Positions 9,357 to 18,598 of a DNA stretch of 64,000 bases are shown here, one piece after another (the first letter of the stretch is position 1; each line of letters starts with the position of its first letter). The stretch is from contig CAXXTU010000002.1 in the NCBI GenBank assembly GCA_963662655.2, forward strand, positions 1,248,001-1,312,000, written 5' to 3'. The translations under genes and the position numbers were made by a program. The notes under the pieces are model-generated. The model made no database searches, was not told the origin of the DNA, and worked only from the letters and a program-made list of their open reading frames with translations. The stretch comes from Candidatus Cloacimonadales bacterium (GTDB lineage: Bacteria; Cloacimonadota; Cloacimonadia; Cloacimonadales; JAIOQZ01).

Positions 9357-12300
9357 CCGGCGGCGGCCTCAGCCGTGACCTGCTGGGCTTCTCCATCTTC
9401 CGCGACAGCGACCTGATCCAGACAATCAGCGATCCCGCCGTCCTTACCTGGACGGACATGAACCTTGCGAACGCCACATACACATATTATATGCAAGCGA
9501 ACTACACCTCCGGCGTCTCGGCTCCGACCGACGATCTCGAGGTCATGGTTGAAGTATTCTATCCGGCTACGAACCTGGTTGGCGAGATTGTCGATGAGGA
9601 CGACGTAGCGCTGTCCTGGTCTCCCGCATTGAACTCGGGCGGTCTTCGCATGTTACAGGGCTACCGTGTGTACAGGAATGACGCGGCGATAACCGATGTC
9701 ACTCCCGCCGACACGACCTGGCTCGATACGACACTTCCCAATGGTGATCACATCTACTACGTGAGAGCCATGTACGAAAATGGTCTTTCGACCGAGACAA
9801 ACCACGTGCCGATACACATCGAATTGATGTATCCTGCGCGGCAACTCACTACCTCCGTAGAAGGAGACGATGTCGGCTTGACCTGGCTGGCGCCGCTCAC
9901 CTCCGGCGGTCTATCGAGAGACCTCCTTGGATACAGAATCTACCGTGATTCTGAAGAAATAGCGATTATCGACGATCCGGCTCAAGTGACGTTCATGGAT
10001 ATGAACCTGGACAACGGATCCTACGGCTACACGGTCAGGGCGGAATACGCTGTCGGCCTGTCGGAGCCCACCAACACAGCGCTCGCGTTCATCGAGGTGT
10101 TGTATCCGCCAACAAACCTCGCGGCTGTTGTCGAAGAAGATGCTGTCAGTCTGAGCTGGAACATGCCGGAAAGCGGTTCCACGCGCAACTTACTGGGCTA
10201 CACGATCATCCGAAACGGAAACGTATTGCTGCAAATCGCAGATCCCGAGACCATCGGCTACGAGGATACGGGACTGGCGAACGGTGAATACGCCTACGAG
10301 ATTATTGCCGATTATTCCACGGGGCAATCAGCCCCTGACGGTACGGTAACGGCTTATGTAGAAGTGCTTTATGCTCCCAGGAACCTTAGCTGCTCCATCG
10401 AGAATTACTATAATGCCGTACTCACGTGGAATCCTCCGCTCAATCAGGGTGGACTGACAAGAGTAATGACAGGTTACGAGGTGTTCAGGGACAGTGTCCA
10501 CATCGCGGATGTGACGGAAGCGACCTACACCGATCCTGCTATACCGGACGGCTCGTATGATTATACGGTGAAAGCCGTATACTCATCCGGAGTATCGCAT
10601 GCTTCCAACTCCGTCAATGCCATCATCGAGTACCCTTACGCTCCAAGCGGATTGAGCGCCACGGTCAGCCAGGATACGGTTTCACTGACCTGGACACCGC
10701 CTACAAGCAACACGGTCCTTGGGTACACCGTCTACCGTGATGAAATTTCCATCGTCGAAATCAACGATCCGGCTGTCCTGAATTTTTCCGATACCGGTCT
10801 CCCTAACGGCGGTTATTCCTACTTCGTGACCGCCCGGTATAACGTAGATGATTCAGCGCCTTCCAATACAGTCACCGCAACGGTTGAAGTACTTTACCCT
10901 CCGCAAAGTCTTGCGGCTTCTGTCGATCAGGACGAAGTAGCGCTCACCTGGCAGCTTCCTGCCGTACAGGGCGGCTTGACCCGCGATCTTCTCGGCTACA
11001 AGGTCTACCGCGACGGCGCAGATATCGCCGAAATCAACGATCCTGCAACGCTCTCATACCTCGATGTTGACCTCGCCAACGGCGCGTACGACTACGAAGT
11101 AAGTGGAATTTATACATCTGGCGAATCTCAGATGTCAAACCTCGTCACCGCGACGGTTGAAGTGCTCTACCCGCCGCGCAGCCTTGCCGCTGCCGTCGAT
11201 CAGGACGAAGTTACGCTTACCTGGCAGCTTCCTGCCGTACAGGGCGGCTTGACCCGCGATCTTCTCGGCTACAAGGTCTACCGCGACGGCGCAGATATCG
11301 CCGAAATCAACGATCCTGCAACGCTCTCATACCTCGATGTCGACCTCGCCAACGGCGACTATGATTACGAAGTGAGCGCGCTGTATTCTTCGGGCGAATC
11401 GCAGATGTCAAACCTCGTCACCGCGACGGTTGAAGTGCTTTACCCGCCGCAGAACCTTGCCGCTGCCGTCGATCAGGACGAAGTATCGCTCACCTGGCAG
11501 CTTCCTGCCGTTCAAGGCGGACTGACCCGCGATCTGCTGGGCTACAAGGTCTACCGCGACGGCGCAGAAATCGCCGAAATCAACGACCCTGCAACGCTCT
11601 CATACCTCGATGTCGACCTCGCAAATGGCGCGTACGACTACGAAGTGAGCGCGCTGTATTCTTCTGGCGAATCGCAGATGTCAAACCTCGTTACCGCAAC
11701 GGTTGAAGTGCTCTACACGCCGCGCAGCCTTGCGGCTTCTGTCGATCAGGACGAAGTAACCCTCACCTGGCAGCTTCCTGCTGTGCAGGGCGGACTGACC
11801 CGCGATCTACTCGGCTACAAGGTCTACCGTGACGGCGCAGAAATCGCCGAAATCAACGACCCTGCAACGCTCACCTATCTCGATGTCGACCTCGCCAACG
11901 GCGCGTACGACTACGAAGTGAGTGCGCTGTATTCTTCGGGCGAATCGCAGATGTCAAACCTCGTCACCGCGACGGTTGAAGTGCTTTACCCGCCGCAGAA
12001 CCTTGCCGCTGCCGTCGATCAGGACGAAGTAACGCTCACCTGGCAGCTTCCTGCTGTGCAGGGCGGACTGACCCGCGATCTACTCGGCTACAAGGTCTAC
12101 CGCGACGGCGCGGAAATCGCCGAAATCAACGACCCTGCAACGCTCACCTATCTCGATGTCGACCTCGCCAACGGCGACTATGATTACGAAGTGAGCGCGC
12201 TGTATTCTTCTGGCGAATCTCAGATGTCAAACCTCGTTACCGCGACGGTTGAAGTGCTCTATCCGCCGCGCAACCTTTCGGCTGTCGTCGATCAGGACGA

Positions 12301-15300
12301 AGTTACGCTTTCCTGGCAGCTTCCTTCCGTTCAAGGCGGCTTGACCCGCGATCTACTCGGCTACAAGGTCTATCGCGACGGCACGGAAATAGCGGTTATC
12401 AACGATCCTGCAACGTTCTCATACCTCGATGCCGACCTCGCCAACGGCGCGTACGACTACGAAGTGAGCGCGCTGTATTCTTCGGGCGAATCGCAGATGT
12501 CAAACCTCGTCACCGCGACGGTTGAAGTGCTCTACCCGCCGCGCAGCCTTGCCGCTGCCGTCGATCAGGACGAAGTTACGCTCACCTGGCAGCTTCCCGC
12601 CGTACAGGGCGGCTTGACCCGTGATCTTCTCGGCTACAAGGTGTACCGCGACGGCGCGGAAATCGCCGAAATCAACGATCCTGCAACACTTAACTATCTC
12701 GATGTCGACCTCGCCAACGGCGCGTACGACTACGAAGTGAGTGCGCTGTATTCTTCGGGCGAATCGCAGATGTCAAACCTCGTTACCGCGACGGTTGAGG
12801 TACTTTACCCTCCGCAGAATCTTGCGGCTGACGTCGATCAGGATGAAGTGATCCTTACCTGGCAGCTCCCCGCCGTTCAAGGCGGACTGACCCGCGATCT
12901 GCTGGGCTACAAGGTCTACCGTGACGGCGCAGAAATCGCCGAAATCAACGACCCTGCCACGCTCTCATACCTCGATGTCGACCTCGCCAACGGCGCATAC
13001 GACTACGAAGTGAGCGCAATTTATACATCGGGCGAATCGCAGATGTCAAACCTCGTCACCGCGACGGTTGAAGTGCTCTACCCGCCGCGCAGCCTTGCGG
13101 CTTCTGTCGATCAGGACGAAGTTACGCTCACCTGGCAGCTTCCTGAAGTGCAGGGCGGCTTGACTCGCGATCTTCTCGGCTACAAGGTGTACCGCGACGG
13201 CGCAGATATCGTCGAAATCAACGATCCGGCCACGCTCACCTATCTCGATGTCGACCTCGCCAACGGCGACTATGATTACGAAGTGAGCGCGCTGTATTCT
13301 TCGGGCGAATCGCAGATGTCCAATCTCGTCACCGCGACGGTTGAAGTGCTCTACCCGCCGCAGAATCTTTCTGCTGCCGTCGATCAGGACGAAGTGACGC
13401 TTTCCTGGCAGCAGCCTGCCACACAGGGCGGACTGACCCGCGATCTACTCGGCTACAAGGTCTACCGCGACGGCGCAGAAATCGCCGAAATCAACGCCCC
13501 TGCAACGCTCTCATACCTCGATGTCGACCTCGCCAACGGCGCGTACGACTACGAAGTGAGCGCAATTTATACATCTGGCGAATCGCAGATGTCCAACCTC
13601 GTCACCGCGACGGTTGAAGTGCTTTACCCTCCGCGCAACCTTTCGGCGGAGGTTTCCAATGAGGTTGACGCCATTCTGAATTGGGATGCCCCGCTTACCG
13701 GTGGCCGTTCACTCAACGGCTATCTCGTGTTCCGCAATGGATCGCTGGTTGCGACAATCGGTACACCGGCGCAGCTCACATGGACAGATTACAGCTTGCA
13801 GAACGGTGGATACGATTATTCGATTAAGGCGTTCTACACGACCGGGCTGTCACCCGCAAGCAACACCGCGCATGTGGACATCGACTACAACCCGGTGCTG
13901 GATGCGCCAACCAACTTGAACGCAACAGTAGTCAATGGCAATGATGTCGACTTGGGCTGGACAGCTCCTGCATCGACACAAATCGGCTATAAAATCTACC
14001 GTGATGGTGAAGAGATCGCTGAATTGACCGACCCTGCTACCGTCAGTTTCACCGACACCGAACTTCCTAATGGCGTGTATACCTACGCTGTCACAGCGGT
14101 TTATTCCGAAGGTGAGTCATCCCCATCCAACACGGCATACGCGGATATCCTGATAACCTCACCGCCGCAAGAGCTTGCCGCTCAAATCCAGAACGACAAC
14201 GACGTCGCACTAAGCTGGGATCCGCCAGTGAATGCGGGATACACAGGCTATGTGGTGTATCGCAACGACAGCGTTATCGCTGTTGTGGAGGCAAGTATTG
14301 TCAATTACACCGACATCGGACTCCCAAACGGTGAATACGACTACTATGTGAAAGCGCAGTTCAACGATAACCTCTCCGTCGCCTCCAACACGGCTTCCGT
14401 TTTGGTGGAGATTCTGTTCCCTCCAACGGATCTGACAGCGGATGTCGTGGATGGCAACGATGTCATCCTTGCCTGGACAGCACCGGCGACCAGCCGCAGC
14501 CTCCTGGGTTACAACATCTATCGTAACAATGACCTGATTGAAGAGGTGACCGGGGTTCTGACGTACACAGATAGCAATCTCGCCAACGGCGCGTACGACT
14601 ACGAGGTGAGCGCAATTTATACATCGGGCGAATCGCAGATGTCCAACCTCGTTACGGCGATGATCGAAGTGCTATATCCGCCGCAGAACCTTACCGCTGA
14701 CGTCGATCAGAACGACGTGACGCTGTCGTGGCAGCAGCCTTCCATGCAACGCAGATTGACCCGCGATTTCCTGGGCTACAAGGTTTACCGCAACGGCACG
14801 GAAATAGCCAATATCAGCGATCCGACCACGCTCACGTACCTCGATGTCGATCTCGCCAACGGCGCGTACGACTACGAAGTGAGTGCAATTTATACATCGG
14901 GCGAATCACAGAGGTCAAACCTGGTTACGGCGATGATCGAAGTGCTGTATCCGCCGCAGAATCTTGCGGCTGACATCGATCAGGACGAGGTGACGCTGTC
15001 GTGGCAGCAGCCTTCCATGCAACGCAGATTGACCCGCGATTTCCTAGGCTACAAGGTTTACCGCGACGAAGTAGAAATCGCCAATATCAGCGATCCGAGC
15101 GCACTCAGTTATCTCGATGCCGATCTCGCCAACGGCGCGTACGACTACGAGGTGAGCGCAATTTATACATCGGGCGAATCGCAGAGGTCCAACCTCGTTA
15201 CGGCGATGATCGAAGTGCTGTATCCGCCGCAGAACCTTGCGGCTGACATCGATCAGGACGAAGTGACGCTGTCGTGGCAGCAGCCTTCCGTACAGGGCGG

Positions 15301-17095
15301 ACTGACCCGCAGCCTACTCGGCTACAAGGTCTACCGTGACGGGGCTGAAATCGCCAATATCAGTAATCCAACCACACTCAGCTATCTCGATGCCGATCTC
15401 GCCAACGGCGCGTACGACTACGAGGTGAGTGCGGTTTACACAACGGGGGAATCGCAGAGGTCCAACCTTGTTACGGCTACGGTTGAAGTGCTGTATCCGC
15501 CGACCGGGCTAACGGCCACGGTGACTGTCGACGATGTGCTACTCAACTGGAGCGTCCCGCAGACGCATCGAAGAAACCGCAGCCTGACAGGCTACCAGTT
15601 GTACTGCAATGAATCTGTCATCGCAACCATAGACAACCCGGCGATCACGACATATACCGAGACCGATCTGGTGAACGGAAGTTACACATACGAAGTTCTG
15701 GCGGTCTATTCTTCAGGCAATTCTCCTCTGTCTGATCCTGCTGTCGCCGTCATCGCCGTAGTGACGCCTCCCGAGAATCCGGTGTTCACGATCGTGAACG
15801 GAAATGATGTCCTCATCACATGGGATTTACCCATCAACCAGACCACGCCAAGCTTCTACACGGTTTATCGTGACGGCGCTGGCGTCCATACCACGGATAA
15901 CGGATCCGTACTCACCTGGACAGACACAGGTCTCGAGAACGGCGATTTCAACTTCTGGCTAACGGCAACCTATGACGCCGGCGAGTCGATCGCGACCGAC
16001 ACGACACTGGTGCAGATCGCGGTGATGAATCCTCCCACAGGGCTTGCAGCCGATGTGAGCCTGGATATGGTGCATCTCACATGGGTTGAACCCATAAACG
16101 CAAGCGGATTGCAGGGATACACCATCCATCGCGATAACGTGGAGATCGCCCACATCACTGATGCCGAGATACTCGTCTACGACGATAACGATCTGGCGGG
16201 GGGTAACTACCAATACTTCGTCACGGCTACTTTCACCGTCGGAGAATCGGAACCTTCGAACACGGTTGACGCCACGGTTCTGCTACCACCTCCGGGCAAC
16301 GTTTCAGCCACACCGGACAGCAGTGATGTTGTGGTGAGTTGGGACATGCCGGCATTGCGCAGTCTTATTGGATTCCGCATCTATCGCGAAGGAGTAGAGA
16401 TCGCTGTTCTCAACGATCCAGGTCAGCTTGAATACACCGATGCGAACTTGCCTAACGGCGACTATTCCTATACGGTTCAGTCCTTGTTCACGTCCGATGC
16501 TTCAGCGCAAAGCACGCCGGCAACATGCACGGTGGAAGCGCTCTGGGCGCCCGAGAATCTTGCGGCGACCCTTGATAACGGTAACACGGTCAACCTGACA
16601 TGGGATGCACATCCCATGGGGATTACCATGACAGCATACAAGGTGTACCGTGATGATGTTGAGATCGCACGGATTGACGACCCGGCAGTAACGCAATATG
16701 ATGATCCCGAGCTGGCACCAGGGAATTATACGTACACCGTAACGGCTCTCTACAGCAGCGGAGAATCCGATCCATCCAATGAAGCCCTTGTGGAAATTCA
16801 CGCCAACGGTGACGAGCCTATTCCGCCGATTACGACGCAGCTCAAAGGGAATGCACCGAACCCGTTCAATCCGAGCACGACCCTCATGTTCAGCATCGCC
16901 AGTGATGGCCCTGTGAACCTGACTGTGTACAACGTGCGTGGGCAAAAAATCGCCACGCTGGTGAACAACGAAATTCTACGCGCCGGCGAGCACAGCGTTG
17001 TATGGAACGCCGACACGGTTGGAAGCGGCGTCTACTTCGTCCGCATGAGCGCTCAGAAGAGCCAGTTCATCCACAAGATGCTGCTGCTGAAGTAG
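9353..17095 (+). CDS. C-terminal part of the same giant protein: many FN3 domains and a C-terminal FlgD-Ig/T9SS-type-A-like sorting domain (whole gene 6402-17095, ~3,564 aa if repaired)
   Basis: Frame reads VTGGGLSRDLLGFSIFRD... from 9353, ahead of the track ORF at 9458. Repeated PP.NL...V.L.W...GY.VYRD...Y.Y.V.A.Y..GES motif; ends NPFNPSTT...KMLLLK. Confidence 0.9.
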   Translation, partial: VTGGGLSRDLLGFSIFRDSDLIQTISDPAVLTWTDMNLANATYTYYMQANYTSGVSAPTDDLEVMVEVFYPATNLVGEIVDEDDVALSWSPALNSGGLRMLQGYRVYRNDAAITDVTPADTTWLDTTLPNGDHIYYVRAMYENGLSTETNHVPIHIELMYPARQLTTSVEGDDVGLTWLAPLTSGGLSRDLLGYRIYRDSEEIAIIDDPAQVTFMDMNLDNGSYGYTVRAEYAVGLSEPTNTALAFIEVLYPPTNLAAVVEEDAVSLSWNMPESGSTRNLLGYTIIRNGNVLLQIADPETIGYEDTGLANGEYAYEIIADYSTGQSAPDGTVTAYVEVLYAPRNLSCSIENYYNAVLTWNPPLNQGGLTRVMTGYEVFRDSVHIADVTEATYTDPAIPDGSYDYTVKAVYSSGVSHASNSVNAIIEYPYAPSGLSATVSQDTVSLTWTPPTSNTVLGYTVYRDEISIVEINDPAVLNFSDTGLPNGGYSYFVTARYNVDDSAPSNTVTATVEVLYPPQSLAASVDQDEVALTWQLPAVQGGLTRDLLGYKVYRDGADIAEINDPATLSYLDVDLANGAYDYEVSGIYTSGESQMSNLVTATVEVLYPPRSLAAAVDQDEVTLTWQLPAVQGGLTRDLLGYKVYRDGADIAEINDPATLSYLDVDLANGDYDYEVSALYSSGESQMSNLVTATVEVLYPPQNLAAAVDQDEVSLTWQLPAVQGGLTRDLLGYKVYRDGAEIAEINDPATLSYLDVDLANGAYDYEVSALYSSGESQMSNLVTATVEVLYTPRSLAASVDQDEVTLTWQLPAVQGGLTRDLLGYKVYRDGAEIAEINDPATLTYLDVDLANGAYDYEVSALYSSGESQMSNLVTATVEVLYPPQNLAAAVDQDEVTLTWQLPAVQGGLTRDLLGYKVYRDGAEIAEINDPATLTYLDVDLANGDYDYEVSALYSSGESQMSNLVTATVEVLYPPRNLSAVVDQDEVTLSWQLPSVQGGLTRDLLGYKVYRDGTEIAVINDPATFSYLDADLANGAYDYEVSALYSSGESQMSNLVTATVEVLYPPRSLAAAVDQDEVTLTWQLPAVQGGLTRDLLGYKVYRDGAEIAEINDPATLNYLDVDLANGAYDYEVSALYSSGESQMSNLVTATVEVLYPPQNLAADVDQDEVILTWQLPAVQGGLTRDLLGYKVYRDGAEIAEINDPATLSYLDVDLANGAYDYEVSAIYTSGESQMSNLVTATVEVLYPPRSLAASVDQDEVTLTWQLPEVQGGLTRDLLGYKVYRDGADIVEINDPATLTYLDVDLANGDYDYEVSALYSSGESQMSNLVTATVEVLYPPQNLSAAVDQDEVTLSWQQPATQGGLTRDLLGYKVYRDGAEIAEINAPATLSYLDVDLANGAYDYEVSAIYTSGESQMSNLVTATVEVLYPPRNLSAEVSNEVDAILNWDAPLTGGRSLNGYLVFRNGSLVATIGTPAQLTWTDYSLQNGGYDYSIKAFYTTGLSPASNTAHVDIDYNPVLDAPTNLNATVVNGNDVDLGWTAPASTQIGYKIYRDGEEIAELTDPATVSFTDTELPNGVYTYAVTAVYSEGESSPSNTAYADILITSPPQELAAQIQNDNDVALSWDPPVNAGYTGYVVYRNDSVIAVVEASIVNYTDIGLPNGEYDYYVKAQFNDNLSVASNTASVLVEILFPPTDLTADVVDGNDVILAWTAPATSRSLLGYNIYRNNDLIEEVTGVLTYTDSNLANGAYDYEVSAIYTSGESQMSNLVTAMIEVLYPPQNLTADVDQNDVTLSWQQPSMQRRLTRDFLGYKVYRNGTEIANISDPTTLTYLDVDLANGAYDYEVSAIYTSGESQRSNLVTAMIEVLYPPQNLAADIDQDEVTLSWQQPSMQRRLTRDFLGYKVYRDEVEIANISDPSALSYLDADLANGAYDYEVSAIYTSGESQRSNLVTAMIEVLYPPQNLAADIDQDEVTLSWQQPSVQGGLTRSLLGYKVYRDGAEIANISNPTTLSYLDADLANGAYDYEVSAVYTTGESQRSNLVTATVEVLYPPTGLTATVTVDDVLLNWSVPQTHRRNRSLTGYQLYCNESVIATIDNPAITTYTETDLVNGSYTYEVLAVYSSGNSPLSDPAVAVIAVVTPPENPVFTIVNGNDVLITWDLPINQTTPSFYTVYRDGAGVHTTDNGSVLTWTDTGLENGDFNFWLTATYDAGESIATDTTLVQIAVMNPPTGLAADVSLDMVHLTWVEPINASGLQGYTIHRDNVEIAHITDAEILVYDDNDLAGGNYQYFVTATFTVGESEPSNTVDATVLLPPPGNVSATPDSSDVVVSWDMPALRSLIGFRIYREGVEIAVLNDPGQLEYTDANLPNGDYSYTVQSLFTSDASAQSTPATCTVEALWAPENLAATLDNGNTVNLTWDAHPMGITMTAYKVYRDDVEIARIDDPAVTQYDDPELAPGNYTYTVTALYSSGESDPSNEALVEIHANGDEPIPPITTQLKGNAPNPFNPSTTLMFSIASDGPVNLTVYNVRGQKIATLVNNEILRAGEHSVVWNADTVGSGVYFVRMSAQKSQFIHKMLLLK
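10883..13612 (+). repeat. Ten near-identical 273-bp (91-aa) FN3 tandem repeats
   Basis: The (c)ggttgaagt anchor recurs with a 273-bp period (10881, 11154 ... 13611). Confidence 0.95.
14663..15481 (+). repeat. Second block of three 273-bp FN3 repeats of the same family
   Basis: tgatcgaagt at 14661, 14934 and 15207; homology extends upstream to ~14575. Confidence 0.9.
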
Positions 17096-17112
17096 CCTGT
17101 AAACCCTATTAG

Positions 17113-17141
17113 AAAAGAGGGGGAGCTTCTGCCCCCCCCTT
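17113..17141 (+). terminator. Probable terminator after the giant gene
   Basis: GAGGGGG-agcttctg-CCCCCCC stem shortly after the stop codon. Confidence 0.5.
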
Positions 17142-17251
17142 CAGACCATTGACAAAGCCCGGGAGATTACCCGGGCTTTGTTTTTCCCCTTGGATTTTAA
17201 GGATCAGACACCATTCGTAGTACCCGTAAACAACTTACCACAAATAATATA

Positions 17252-18598
17252 GGCACTGTTGCATATTAAGTGGGTGAATGGGTATTCAGATATCCGCAAC
17301 ATTGCAGAACCTTCAATCTGAAGTATGAGAAGTCCTTGTATCCATACGCTCTCTTTATAATGGTTCGAATGACGTTGTTAACCGCTTCTGCCTTGGCATT
17401 CGTGATTCTATGCTTGAACCAGTTCAACACAATATGCAATCTCTTCATAATCGTTCTTGCAAGTGCCTTCAGTGGCTCGAAGACGGTTTTCTGAATAACT
17501 CTGCACCACTCTTCAATCATCGGCTTCGCTTCTTCTTGCGTAATATCGTCTTCGAAAATCGATAGTAAATCTTCTTTGAGCAAATAGGCTTCGTAAAGGG
17601 GATGATTTAGCGTCTCCAGTTTCTTGAGTCGGGCTTGATGGTTTTCTTTGTGATTGTGTTTTCTGGTCAAAACCAACCACCGGTCGTGTTTCTTGCTCTG
17701 ACGCAACTTGTCAGATTCAAAATCTCTCTGAAGTTCTCGTCGTACTTCTTCCACTTTTCTGTTGACCAGGCGGCTGAAATGGAAACGATCAAATACGATC
17801 ATATCGGCACTCCAACACTCGGAAACAGCGCCGATATATGAACCACTGAAATCCATTGTTACGGTATCAATCCAGCGGAGTCGTCGTTCGTATTTTCGAA
17901 ACAACTCCTTCGCACTTTCTTTCGATTTGCCCATTGTCAGGTCGATCACACGCCCGTCCTCATGGTTTGTGATAACCGTTGCATACTTATGCCTTCGCTT
18001 ATAACCAATCTCGTCAATTGCAATCTGATCGACATTCGGAACTCGTCCTCTATAACCCTTTTCCAACTTGGATAACTCAATTTTGTCGATTCGATAAATC
18101 GTACTCCGATCCACACCGAATATCCGTGCTACAGAAGCATTGTCTGAACGAAGCGTGAACTGGAGAACCTTATTGCCGAAGTCTTTAGAGTGTCGATTGA
18201 GACCCTCGGCAATATCCTGTTGTTCAGTTTTCACTCCACACTGAGCGCAGTTGATCCGGCGAAGCGTCAGCACAAGTACTACGGGACGACAGGATATGGA
18301 TGCATGAAGAATTTTGCGGACTCGATGATCATAAACTGTTCCCACAATACCGCATGTAGGACAACGTGGCTCATCTTCCTTTCGAACATGGACTTCAATG
18401 CATGGATAAGTTTGATACGTACCTTCGATTATCTGGTCGGCAGAATAACCTTGCAAAGCCAACAACGTTTTACAGACTTGTTTTCTGAGAGGATCATTCA
18501 TCTCTATCTCCTTGTTGTGGTGATTAGGAGATTGTACGAGATCGGGTGATTCCTCTCAATCTTTTTTTCGACTTACCCACTAAGTTTGCAACAGTCCC
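17252..18598 (-). mobile_element. ISL3-family insertion sequence (1,347 bp)
   Basis: Imperfect terminal IRs GGCACTGTTGCATATTAAGTGGGT / GGGACTGTTGCAAACTTAGTGGGT enclose a single transposase gene; AT-rich flanks, no direct repeat. Confidence 0.92.
17266..18501 (-). CDS. ISL3-family transposase
   Basis: CPTC...CAQC zinc finger, IAIDE, VTMD, FDRFH, TNAKAEAVN..I..I.KRAYGY..F.YFRLK. Confidence 0.95.
   Translation of the reverse strand: MNDPLRKQVCKTLLALQGYSADQIIEGTYQTYPCIEVHVRKEDEPRCPTCGIVGTVYDHRVRKILHASISCRPVVLVLTLRRINCAQCGVKTEQQDIAEGLNRHSKDFGNKVLQFTLRSDNASVARIFGVDRSTIYRIDKIELSKLEKGYRGRVPNVDQIAIDEIGYKRRHKYATVITNHEDGRVIDLTMGKSKESAKELFRKYERRLRWIDTVTMDFSGSYIGAVSECWSADMIVFDRFHFSRLVNRKVEEVRRELQRDFESDKLRQSKKHDRWLVLTRKHNHKENHQARLKKLETLNHPLYEAYLLKEDLLSIFEDDITQEEAKPMIEEWCRVIQKTVFEPLKALARTIMKRLHIVLNWFKHRITNAKAEAVNNVIRTIIKRAYGYKDFSYFRLKVLQCCGYLNTHSPT

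Noticed and set aside
10883..15481. Tandem repeats as a CRISPR array
   Set aside because: 273-bp in-frame coding units with no unique spacers; no cas genes. No CRISPR array was seen anywhere in the window.
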